Below are positions 1-8,228 of a stretch of 20,414 nucleotides of DNA, piece by piece (within the stretch, counting starts at the first letter, position 1; each line of letters starts with the position of its first letter). A program made the translations under genes and the position numbers. The notes beneath the pieces were generated by a model, which worked only from the letters and a program-made list of their open reading frames with translations, did not search any database and was not told the origin of the DNA. This stretch comes from Archangium sp. (GTDB taxonomy: Bacteria > Myxococcota > Myxococcia > Myxococcales > Myxococcaceae), in the NCBI GenBank assembly GCA_031367385.1, contig JANLPS010000398.1:1-20414 (forward strand), given 5' to 3'.

Positions 1-1
1 G

Positions 2-22
2 AAGACCCTGGTCGAGCGCTGA
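2..22 (+). CDS. Possible 3' tail of an upstream gene (...KTLVER*), truncated by the window edge
   Basis: AAG ACC CTG GTC GAG CGC TGA: all third positions G/C, and the stop lies just before the next gene. Too short to identify. Confidence 0.35.
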   Translation, partial: KTLVER

Positions 23-55
23 GCTTTGACAGCGGGCTTGGGGCTCCTACCCGGT

Positions 56-1261
56 GTGAGGCGCTCCCTGGCGTGGTCAGTGACGGTGGTGATGATGGCC
101 TGCACCGGCGTCGTCGGCACCGGTGAGCCGCTGGCAGACGCGGGGCAAGTGACCGCCGATGCCGGGCCTTCGGGCGCGATCGACGCAGGCGTGGTGACCC
201 TCGATGCGGGCATGGCCTTCGATGCCGGAGGTGCCCTCGACGCCGGCGCACCCGACGCGGGGAGGAGCGACGGCTGCCCGACCGCGCCGCCCTTCGACAC
301 CCTCGCCCCCGAGCTGCAGCGGTGCCTCGAGCCACTGTTGTTGGCCATTGGCAATCGAAGCCGTCGAATCGTCTCGTTCGATGGGCAGACGTGGCTGGCC
401 GACCAGATCGACGACGGCAACACCGTCAATGGGCAGATGCTCGATGACGCAGCGACGGGCGCGGCCTTCGGCAAGGGCTACATCGTGGCCGGCTCTGACT
501 TCGGCATCTTCACTTCGGCCGATCGGGGCCAGACCTGGGTGAAGGCGCCTCCTCCGGCGCCACAGCAGTGGGGGCAGGGCATTCACGTGTCGCCGATGGC
601 CTTCACCGGCCGCAAGTTCGTGGCCTACAGCGACACCGCGACCTTCACCTCGTCAGACGCGTTCGTCTGGGAAAAACACGTGGTCACCACGTTCAATGGC
701 AGCCACATCGCCTTCTTCGGCAATGCGGTCGGCGCCAATGGCCGCATCGTCGCCAGTGGCGGCGGGAGCGCTCTGAACGTGAGCGACGACGACGGGGTGA
801 CCTGGCGGCAAATCGAGGTCGGCATCACCGGAGGGCTGCGCTCGCTGATTTACGCGAACGACACCTTCGTCGGGCTGGCCAAGGGGGCGCGCCTCTCGAG
901 CAAAGACAACGGCGACAGCTGGCAAGTGGCCATTGACGACTGCGCCGCGAACGACCCGGTGAAGTGCGTCGGCGACGGCCCATCGGAGCTGACGCTGCGA
1001 GACGGCGGCTTCGTTTTCACTACCAGCGGTAATGCGATTCTCGAGAGCAACAACGGCGTCGACTGGGCGAAAACAGGGAATGGGTACGGCTTCGACTGGT
1101 CGCACGTTTTCTTCAACGGGGTCGACTACGCAGTGCACGGAACCAACTCTTACTGGCATTCGCCATCGGCCGGCGGGCCGTGGCCGACGAGCGATTTCCC
1201 CAGCGCGAACGCTGCGTTCGGTGTCGAGCGCCTCGTGCTGGGCCGCGTGCTCAAGCGCTAG
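56..1261 (+). CDS. Lipoprotein with DAG-repeat linker and BNR/Asp-box (WD40/YVTN-like) beta-propeller domain
   Basis: GTG at 56 gives signal peptide MRRSLAWSVTVVMMA-C (the ORF track starts at TTG 26). Seven xDAG motifs follow, then repeated Asp-box motifs SxDxGxTW (SFDGQTW, SADRGQTW, SDDDGVTW, SKDNGDSW, SNNGVDW). Confidence 0.85.
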   Translation: MRRSLAWSVTVVMMACTGVVGTGEPLADAGQVTADAGPSGAIDAGVVTLDAGMAFDAGGALDAGAPDAGRSDGCPTAPPFDTLAPELQRCLEPLLLAIGNRSRRIVSFDGQTWLADQIDDGNTVNGQMLDDAATGAAFGKGYIVAGSDFGIFTSADRGQTWVKAPPPAPQQWGQGIHVSPMAFTGRKFVAYSDTATFTSSDAFVWEKHVVTTFNGSHIAFFGNAVGANGRIVASGGGSALNVSDDDGVTWRQIEVGITGGLRSLIYANDTFVGLAKGARLSSKDNGDSWQVAIDDCAANDPVKCVGDGPSELTLRDGGFVFTTSGNAILESNNGVDWAKTGNGYGFDWSHVFFNGVDYAVHGTNSYWHSPSAGGPWPTSDFPSANAAFGVERLVLGRVLKR

Positions 1262-1392
1262 CCAAGGGCCAAAAAGACCGCGCGTTCGGGGTGGGGCTTG
1301 AACGCCACCGTCTGGCCGTGCCCCGCGTTGCGAAGTAAGAAGTCGTGCCGTCTGCAGCAAGCCACTCGTTGAAACCTCTCCAAGGAGTCTTT

Positions 1393-2322
1393 ATGAACAG
1401 AGTCTTCGTTGCCGCGATTACCCTCGTTGGGCTGGTGGGTTGTGGGGTCGAGCCTTCGAGCACTCAGGTCGCGACGTCACAAGACGAGTTGCAGAACCCT
1501 GACATGGCTCCGAATGGCAAGGGTCACGCGCCTTTCAACCCCTACGCGAAACCCGGTGCTGGTGGCGGCGGTTCGGGCAACGGCATCATCAACCACGGTG
1601 GGCCGGTGATGACCTCGGGCAGCGTGGCCTATTACATCTGGTACGGAGACTGGTCGGGCAACTCGGCGACGACGATTTTGTCTGACTTCATGAACAACCT
1701 GGGCGGGTCGCCGTACTTCAACATCAATACGACCTATGCCAACGGCAGCGGCGCGAAGGTGCTGAACACCTCGAGCGCGGTTCGCCTGGCCGGTTCGACG
1801 ACCGACAACTACTCGCTGGGTAAGACGCTGACCGACGCGAACATTGAGAGCATCGTGGCTGCGGCGATCAACTCGGGCAGGCTGCCGCTCAACGCTGACG
1901 CGGTGTACTTCGTGCTCACCAGCGCCGACGTGACGGCGAGCTCCGGGTTCTGCACGCAATACTGCGGCTGGCACACGCATGCGGCCATCGGCGGCGTCGA
2001 CGTGAAGTACTCGTTCATCGGCAACCCCGACCGTTGCCCCTCATCGTGCGCCGCGCAAACGACCAGCCCCAACGGCAACGCGGGAGCTGACGGCATGGCC
2101 TCGATCATCGCCCACGAGCTCGAAGAAGCGGCGACCGACCCTGACCTCAACGCCTGGTACGACCGCCGAGGGTACGAGAACGCCGACAAGTGCGCGTGGA
2201 CCTTCGGCGCCGAGTACACCTCGAATGGCGCGCGTGCGAACATGCGACTGGGCACCCGCGACTACCTGATTCAGCAAAACTGGGTGAACGCCAGCGGCGG
2301 CTTCTGCGCCAAGAGCTACTAG
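1393..2322 (+). CDS. Phosphate-induced protein 1 (Phi-1/EXORDIUM)-like lipoprotein
   Basis: AAGGAG RBS before ATG 1393; lipobox LVG-C. Motifs HGGPVM, YYIWYGDW, YFVLTSADV, FCTQYCGWH, DGMASIIAHELEEAATDP..NAWY, ENADKC and YLIQQNW match the Phi-1 family pattern. Confidence 0.85.
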   Translation: MNRVFVAAITLVGLVGCGVEPSSTQVATSQDELQNPDMAPNGKGHAPFNPYAKPGAGGGGSGNGIINHGGPVMTSGSVAYYIWYGDWSGNSATTILSDFMNNLGGSPYFNINTTYANGSGAKVLNTSSAVRLAGSTTDNYSLGKTLTDANIESIVAAAINSGRLPLNADAVYFVLTSADVTASSGFCTQYCGWHTHAAIGGVDVKYSFIGNPDRCPSSCAAQTTSPNGNAGADGMASIIAHELEEAATDPDLNAWYDRRGYENADKCAWTFGAEYTSNGARANMRLGTRDYLIQQNWVNASGGFCAKSY

Positions 2323-2345
2323 AAGCCACTCCGCCTGACTTTGTT

Positions 2346-2376
2346 CGCCGGTCTCGGTGCCTTGCCGTGACCGGCG
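2346..2376. terminator. Hairpin between convergent genes, possible terminator
   Basis: CGCCGGTC (2346-2353) pairs with GACCGGCG (2369-2376), with inner CGG/CCG. No clean U-tract. Confidence 0.4.
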
Positions 2377-2384
2377 TCGTCATT

Positions 2385-3410
2385 TCAGTGCTCGTGCTGG
2401 TGGTGCAGATCATCTGCGTGTTCGTGCGAGTGCTCCTGTGGTTCGTGTGCGTGCGCGTGAGTGTGCTCGACCGGAGGCTCACCCTGATGAGAATGCGAGT
2501 GGTGCCCGTCGTCATGCCGGTGTGCGTGAGAATGCTCGAGCGAATGGTGGTGGTGCGCATGCAAGTGCCGCTCGGTGGCCAGGAGCGCGACGCTGATTGC
2601 AAACGCACCCGCGCCGAGGAGCAGTGACAGCCCGCCCAGCGCCGAGCCGAAGGCAGCGCCCACGAGGGCTCCAATGAAAGGAGCGACCGAGAAAATCGAT
2701 GCCGTTCGCGCCGCGCCCACGTGCCGCTGGGCCAATAGGTACAGCCGCAGGCTGGCGCCGTACCCGGCGGTGCCCGCCGCGAGCAGCACCGCGAACCGCC
2801 AGCCCGTGGGCCAGCGCTGGTGGGTCGCCACCGCCAAAGACGAGGTGACGACGGCGCCGATCAGCCCCTTGCCAGCGACCACGGTGCCCACGTCGAGCTC
2901 GGCGAGCGTGCGGGAGAGCATGTTGTCGATGGCCCACGCCAGGGTCGCGGCGATCACCGCCAGCAACCCGGGCAAGAACACGACCAGCTCGCCTGCGCCG
3001 TTGAGGGCGAGCAGTGCACCTCCGACGAGCGTCAAGACGATGGCGAGCAGCACCCGCGCGCCGATTCGCTCGTGAAAAATGACCCTCGCGAGCACCAGCG
3101 AGAAGATGACCTCGAACTCGAGCGCGAGTGAGGCGGTGACCGAGCCGGTACGTTGAACGCCCCAGGTGAAGAGGGCGGGTGCCAGCGCGGCGCCGACCAG
3201 CCCCATCGCGAGCAGAATTCGCAGTTCGCGGGCCTTGAGCGCGGGGCGAACGGGCCTCCAGAACGAAGCCAAGGCAGCTCCCGCGTAGAGCACGGCGGCA
3301 CACGCGAAGGGGCCTGCGCCGCTGCCGCACCACTCGATGAGCGGCGTCACCAGGCCGAACGCGATGGCCGCACCGAGGGCCAAGAGCGTGCCCGTGGTTG
3401 CAGGGCTCAT
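2385..3410 (-). CDS. EamA/DMT family transporter with His-rich C-terminal tail
   Basis: About 10 hydrophobic segments in two EamA-like repeats (LARVIFHERIG, GAARTASIFSVAPFIGA); last 60 aa contain 25 His. Start placed at ATG 3410 (MSPATTG); the 53-codon upstream ORF extension does not look like part of the protein. Confidence 0.9.
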   Translation of the reverse strand: MSPATTGTLLALGAAIAFGLVTPLIEWCGSGAGPFACAAVLYAGAALASFWRPVRPALKARELRILLAMGLVGAALAPALFTWGVQRTGSVTASLALEFEVIFSLVLARVIFHERIGARVLLAIVLTLVGGALLALNGAGELVVFLPGLLAVIAATLAWAIDNMLSRTLAELDVGTVVAGKGLIGAVVTSSLAVATHQRWPTGWRFAVLLAAGTAGYGASLRLYLLAQRHVGAARTASIFSVAPFIGALVGAAFGSALGGLSLLLGAGAFAISVALLATERHLHAHHHHSLEHSHAHRHDDGHHSHSHQGEPPVEHTHAHAHEPQEHSHEHADDLHHQHEH

Positions 3411-3778
3411 CTCGCGCGCAGGGGTCGGAGGCATCGTCACCGTGTCAACACCAGCACCTTTTGCGCCACAAGTGCGCTCCTTCGGCAGCGCATGGACCGC
3501 CTGAACCCACTGGCACTCGCCATCGCCGCGATCATGGAGCTCGATCTCACCGAGCCCCGCGACAGGCATGCTCGTCGTCGCGGCGAGCTTCGGGCTGAAT
3601 TACGCCTTCGGCGGAAAGACGTTCAACTGTGGTTGAGCGATGCCGGGTGCCACGTCGTGCAATTCACCGGCTTTGGCCTGGTGCTCGGGCCCTGGCCGTA
3701 AGCCCCTGTGCACACAGCGGTGAGCAGGTCACCGTTGTCGTCTTGCGCTGAGCAGTCGACACCGAATAGGTGAGAGAG

Positions 3779-6277
3779 ATGCTGCTTCGATTTTCGTTGA
3801 TGGTGGGTGCGTGTGTGGCGGTCGCCGGCTGTAGCGGCAACGTGGGCGGCACCGATCTCGATGGGGGCCCTGGCTCCCGGGACGGTGGCGTCGCGACGGG
3901 TGGCGGCGTCGGCGGTGGTACGGGTGGCGGCGTCGGCGGTGGTACGGGTGGCGGCGTCGGCGGTGGTACGGGCGGCGGGGTCGGCGGCGGCACCGGTGGC
4001 GGCAACACGGGCGGCGGCACCGGCGGCGGCACCGGTGATGGCGGCACTGACGGTGGTACCGGTGGCGGCACGTCGAGCGGCGATTCGGGCGTGATGCAGG
4101 GCGGCGATGGAGGCACGGTGGTGGTCGATGCAGGGCCTGCTCCGGCCGATGACGGCGGGCTCTACGGCATCGATGCCCGGCCAGCGAACCCGACGTGCAT
4201 CGCGCCAGCGCCTCCGGCGACCAACTCCGGCGTCACGACCAAGCGTGTGTTTTCGAAGCTCACCTTCGCGGCGCCGATGGGCATGTTCAACGCGCCTGGC
4301 AACCCGAACCGAAATTACGTGCTCGAGCGCGACGGCGTGATTCAGACCTTTCCCAACACGCAAGACGCTGGCACCGACGTGAAGACCGTGGCGCTCGATT
4401 TGTCGAGCAAGGTGAACACCACCGGCGAAGGCGGGCTGCTCGGGTTGGCGTTTCACCCCGACTGGTCGAACAACCACCAGGTCTTCATCGCGTACTCAGA
4501 AGATCGCGTCTCGGCGAGCACCCTGCGGCTGGTGATTTCACGCTTTCGCAGCAACGACTCCGGGTTGACCTTCGACGCCGCTGGCGAAGAGGTGATCATG
4601 AAGCTCGACAAGCCCGACACCAACCACAACGGCGGCAGCATTTCGTTCGGGCCCGACGGCTACCTCTACATCGGCTTCGGCGACGGCGGCGGGTCGAACA
4701 ACTACTACCAAACGGGCCGGCGCATGAGCACCTTGCTGAGCAAGATGATTCGCATCGACGTCAACGTACCGATCTCGATGAAGTACGCGATACCTCCGAC
4801 GAACCCGTTCGCGAGCACAGGCGTGGTCTGCAACCGCACCACCAGCAACTGGGACATCATGCCCAACACCGTGACGTGCGCGGAGATCTACGCGATGGGC
4901 TTTCGCAACCCGTGGCGCTGGAGCTTCGACACCGAGAACGGAGAGATGTGGGTCGGCGACGTCGGCCAGGGCACGTGGGAAGAGGTCGACAAGGTCAGCA
5001 TGGGCGGCGACTACGGGTGGGCGGTGCGTGAAGGTGCGCACTGCTTCGGCTCGGCCACCTGCTCGACCGCGGGGTTGATCGACCCAATCACCGAGTACGA
5101 CCACAGCCAGGGGTATGCGATTACCGGTGGGTTCGTCTACCACGGCAACACCTTGCCGACGCTCGCCGGCAAGTTCATCTACGGCGACTACGTCACCAAT
5201 CAGATCTGGGTCGTGGGCACCAATGCGACCACCGGGTTACCTGAGGGGCAGAAGATCGCGAAAGCCTCAGACAACATCTCATCGTTCGCGCAATTGCTCG
5301 ACGGCGAAGTCTACATCATGGGGTTTTCAAGCGGAGGCATTCACCAGCTCGTGCCGTCGGGAGCGCAACCGCCAGACACCTTCCCCAAGGTGTTGAGCGC
5401 GACGGGGTGCTTCAAGGCAAGCGACCCGAGAGTGCCAGTTGCGGCGCTGGTGCCCTACGAGCCGCGGGCGCAATTGTGGTCAGACGGTGCCAGCAAAGAG
5501 CGTTACTTCGCGATACCCGATGGCTCGAAGATCACTGCGCTGGCAGACGGCGACTTCGATTTGCCGAACGGGTCAGTCGCGGCCAAGACGTTCTACTTGA
5601 ACGGCAAGCGCATCGAGACCCGACTGATGATGCGGCACTCGACGGGTGCGTGGGCTGGCTACACGTATGAGTGGAACGATGCAGAGACCGACGCGACCTT
5701 GTTGGCGGCGGGCAAGACCAAGACGGTCGGTACCCAAACGTGGACGTACCCGAGCCGCGCGCAGTGCCTGGCGTGTCACACCGGTGCGGCGAATCGAACG
5801 CTGGGGCTCGAAGCAGCGCAGCTCAATTTCTCATTTCTCTACTCGAGCACGGGCCGGGTTCGAAACCAGCTGAGCACCCTGGTCGGTCTGGGCTACTTCA
5901 CCTCGGCGGTGCCTGCGGTAACCCCGTTGGCAGACCCGTTCGGGGCAGACCCGGTCGAGGCGCGGGCCCGATCGTACTTGCACGCGAACTGCTCGATTTG
6001 TCACCGGCTCGGTGCGGGGCAAGGCCCGCAAGACTTCAGGTACTCGCTGACGACGGCGATGACCAACTCGTGCAACGTGGCGCCGTCGAATGGAGACCTG
6101 GGGGTCTCTGGAGCGAAGATCTTCGTGCCCAACGACCCTTCGCACTCGCTGATTTCGCTGCGAATGAAGGCGCTCGACGTCAACCGAATGCCGCCGTTGG
6201 GCTCGGTGGTGGTGCACACGCAAGGCACGGCGTTGATCGACTCGTGGATCACGTCGATGGCGCAGTGCCCGCAGTAA
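3779..6277 (+). CDS. Lipoprotein: PQQ-dependent glucose/sorbosone dehydrogenase domain plus C-terminal diheme cytochrome c (SO2930-like) region
   Basis: Lipobox VAG-C and Gly/Thr linker. GSDH motifs GEGGLLGLAFHPD, NHNGGSISFGPDGYLYIGFGDGG, YAMGFRNPWRWSFD, GDVGQGTWEEVD, GDYGW. Then LWSDGASKERY, RIETRL and two CxxCH (CLACH, CSICH). Alternative GTG start at 3770. Confidence 0.92.
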   Translation: MLLRFSLMVGACVAVAGCSGNVGGTDLDGGPGSRDGGVATGGGVGGGTGGGVGGGTGGGVGGGTGGGVGGGTGGGNTGGGTGGGTGDGGTDGGTGGGTSSGDSGVMQGGDGGTVVVDAGPAPADDGGLYGIDARPANPTCIAPAPPATNSGVTTKRVFSKLTFAAPMGMFNAPGNPNRNYVLERDGVIQTFPNTQDAGTDVKTVALDLSSKVNTTGEGGLLGLAFHPDWSNNHQVFIAYSEDRVSASTLRLVISRFRSNDSGLTFDAAGEEVIMKLDKPDTNHNGGSISFGPDGYLYIGFGDGGGSNNYYQTGRRMSTLLSKMIRIDVNVPISMKYAIPPTNPFASTGVVCNRTTSNWDIMPNTVTCAEIYAMGFRNPWRWSFDTENGEMWVGDVGQGTWEEVDKVSMGGDYGWAVREGAHCFGSATCSTAGLIDPITEYDHSQGYAITGGFVYHGNTLPTLAGKFIYGDYVTNQIWVVGTNATTGLPEGQKIAKASDNISSFAQLLDGEVYIMGFSSGGIHQLVPSGAQPPDTFPKVLSATGCFKASDPRVPVAALVPYEPRAQLWSDGASKERYFAIPDGSKITALADGDFDLPNGSVAAKTFYLNGKRIETRLMMRHSTGAWAGYTYEWNDAETDATLLAAGKTKTVGTQTWTYPSRAQCLACHTGAANRTLGLEAAQLNFSFLYSSTGRVRNQLSTLVGLGYFTSAVPAVTPLADPFGADPVEARARSYLHANCSICHRLGAGQGPQDFRYSLTTAMTNSCNVAPSNGDLGVSGAKIFVPNDPSHSLISLRMKALDVNRMPPLGSVVVHTQGTALIDSWITSMAQCPQ
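3896..3991 (+). repeat. In-frame 24-bp tandem repeat (ACGGGTGGCGGCGTCGGCGGTGGT), 3 perfect copies plus 1 degenerate, encoding TGGGVGGG
   Basis: Read directly: perfect copies at 3896-3967 and a synonymously diverged copy at 3968-3991. Confidence 0.9.
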
Positions 6278-6280
6278 GCG

Positions 6281-7000
6281 TCAGGTGCAGCCTGCCGGCT
6301 CGAGGCTGATGAAGTTGGCCTTGCTCTCGGCGTACGAGCCTCCTCCTGAATAGTCTTGAACGATGTTCACGTAGACGATGCGACAGTACCCATCGTCGAA
6401 CTTCGGGCTCTTCACCCAGGCCATGCCGTATTTGTAGCGGGAGCTCGGCACGCCGTTGCTGTGCTTCTCGATGTCCCAACTGGGAGACTTCACGCCGACC
6501 CCGAGCACCTCGGCGTCGGGCAGCTCTTCTTTGACCGCTGCGCGAATCAGATCATCTTCACCTGACTCGTGGTGGGTGTACCCGCGGGGGCGATACTTGG
6601 GGAGCGTGCGTTTCGCTGCAGCGCCCAGCGCGTCGAACAGCGGCACCAGACACGGCTGATCTTTCTCGGCGATGCGGTGAGAGCTCAACCATTCTTTGCG
6701 CTCATTGGCCGAGATACCGGCGAGCAAATATTCGTTGCGTCGATCGCTGAGCTCTCTGACGTAATAGGTGCGCAGCTGCGGCTTGTATTCTTCGGCCTCG
6801 CGCAGCGTCTTGTACGCGTCGCCGTAATGAACCGAGAAGAAGGCGCTCCCGCAGCCCTTGGGGGGCTTCGCCGAGATCTCGCTGTGTTGAACTGGCGTGT
6901 CGTCAACGGGCACGTCTTCGCCGGTGTCAGCGCCGTTCTTCTTGCACCCACTGCTGAGCCACACGACTGCACATGCCAGGACCGCGGTGGTTCGCTGCAC
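6281..7000 (-). CDS. Hypothetical lipoprotein
   Basis: GTG at 7000 preceded by GGGGGAGG; signal MQRTTAVLACAVVWLSSG-C; high GC3. The C-terminus (WDIEKHSNGVPSSRYKYG...YCRIVYVNIVQDYSGGGSY) looks like a folded domain of unknown function. Confidence 0.8.
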   Translation of the reverse strand: MQRTTAVLACAVVWLSSGCKKNGADTGEDVPVDDTPVQHSEISAKPPKGCGSAFFSVHYGDAYKTLREAEEYKPQLRTYYVRELSDRRNEYLLAGISANERKEWLSSHRIAEKDQPCLVPLFDALGAAAKRTLPKYRPRGYTHHESGEDDLIRAAVKEELPDAEVLGVGVKSPSWDIEKHSNGVPSSRYKYGMAWVKSPKFDDGYCRIVYVNIVQDYSGGGSYAESKANFISLEPAGCT

Positions 7001-7029
7001 GCGCCCTCCCCCTTCATGAGTTTCTTCGA

Positions 7030-7821
7030 TCAGTGCTTCAGCAGCGGCGAAAAGTCGACCGTGTCGCGGTGCCGAAATGCGCGGAAGCTGCCGTTGCCCA
7101 ACGCGGCCATGCGCGCCAGGCGTTCTTGGTCGGCTGAGAAGATCGACGCCGGGCACAGGTCGTCGGCCGCAGCGACCTCGCAGGCGCTGGCGGTGAAGGT
7201 CGCTCCGCACGAGGGCACGTCGGCCTGGTTGAGCATGACCGTGTTGAGGTGAACGTCGCCAAGCGCCACCAGGTCGCTGATCAGGGGCGAGCACAAAAGC
7301 TCGTTGTCTTGGCCTGCAGGGCCGGTGTCGGAGACGAAGATGACTTCGTACCGTTGCGTGCCGGTTGACGCGGCGAGGTCGGCGGCGATGGCGGCCTTCA
7401 CTGCGCGCAGCGGAGTCACGAAGTCGACCACCTCTGCGGCTGACATCGGGTCGAGCAGACGGCGCTGCCAGTCATTCTTCTCGGCGGCAGTGACCTGGCT
7501 GAGTGACGCGAACCCCGGCGCGAAGAGATCGACGGCGTTGCCGGCGAAGGCGCTGATCAACACCGAGCTCTTGAGCGATTGATTGTCGACGAGCGAGATG
7601 GCGGCTGACGCACGCGCACCAGTCGGGTCGGTGATGTTGATCGTCTGAGTTGAGCCGATGACGAAGAAGAGTTTGATGGGCCGAGCGTCGCGAACGTTCG
7701 ACTCGGTCGACGTCGACTCCGGCAAGACAGAGACGATCTCTTCAGCGGGGCCGCATGAAGCGGTCGCTCCGAACAGCGAGCTGATCAACGCCACCAGTAC
7801 GACCGCGCGACGAACACCCAT
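7030..7821 (-). CDS. Lipoprotein with degenerate vWA domain (MtsD/CglB-like)
   Basis: Signal ending ATAS-C. Motifs PIKLFFVIGSTQTINITDP, YEVIFVSDTGP and RLARMAALGNGSFRAF follow the vWA pattern as I recall it for myxobacterial MtsD/CglB-type proteins. Confidence 0.7.
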   Translation of the reverse strand: MGVRRAVVLVALISSLFGATASCGPAEEIVSVLPESTSTESNVRDARPIKLFFVIGSTQTINITDPTGARASAAISLVDNQSLKSSVLISAFAGNAVDLFAPGFASLSQVTAAEKNDWQRRLLDPMSAAEVVDFVTPLRAVKAAIAADLAASTGTQRYEVIFVSDTGPAGQDNELLCSPLISDLVALGDVHLNTVMLNQADVPSCGATFTASACEVAAADDLCPASIFSADQERLARMAALGNGSFRAFRHRDTVDFSPLLKH

Positions 7822-8228
7822 GGGCGAAGCATGTTCTCCTGGGGCCTCAGCGCAAATTTCAAAGTCCTTACACCTACACAGCGACGTGACGCGCGGCTCT
7901 CATTCGCACGTGACACCACGCAGCCCGACATGTCTCACAGGGTGATCCACGCGCATCCGTTTGATTTTCGCACGGCACCTGGTGATCAATTCACCCACCA
8001 GGTGTGATTGAGACGTCGCGCGCAGACGAAGAAAGTAAGCCCCTATCGCACACAGGTCAGCGGCTGCAGTCGCAGCGCGTGCCTCAAAGACGCTGCGGGC
8101 GAGGGCCCCGGGTGACTGCCGAGCGACGATCTGCGCCCGTCGAGTGCTCGAACGCCCAGCAGTGAGTGGGTCAGCCGTCACGCGAATTCGCTTCAACGCC
8201 CTTATGTGTGGGTGTCGCTTGTTGTCAG

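Noticed and set aside
1267..1317. Hairpin GCGTTC/GAACGC with an A5 run; shares GCGTTCGGGG with the reverse complement of repeat copy B
   Set aside because: The U-tract would be on the minus strand while both flanking genes are plus, and a 10-nt GC-rich match is too short to call a third copy.
3492..3701. Small plus-strand ORF (69 aa) between EamA and the dehydrogenase
   Set aside because: High-GC3 codon usage shifts frame midway, with no clear RBS or motif. It could be a decayed fragment but is not supportable as a gene.
3623..4477. Pro-rich and AADAATRT-repeat minus-strand ORFs
   Set aside because: Antisense shadows of the Gly-rich linker of the dehydrogenase.
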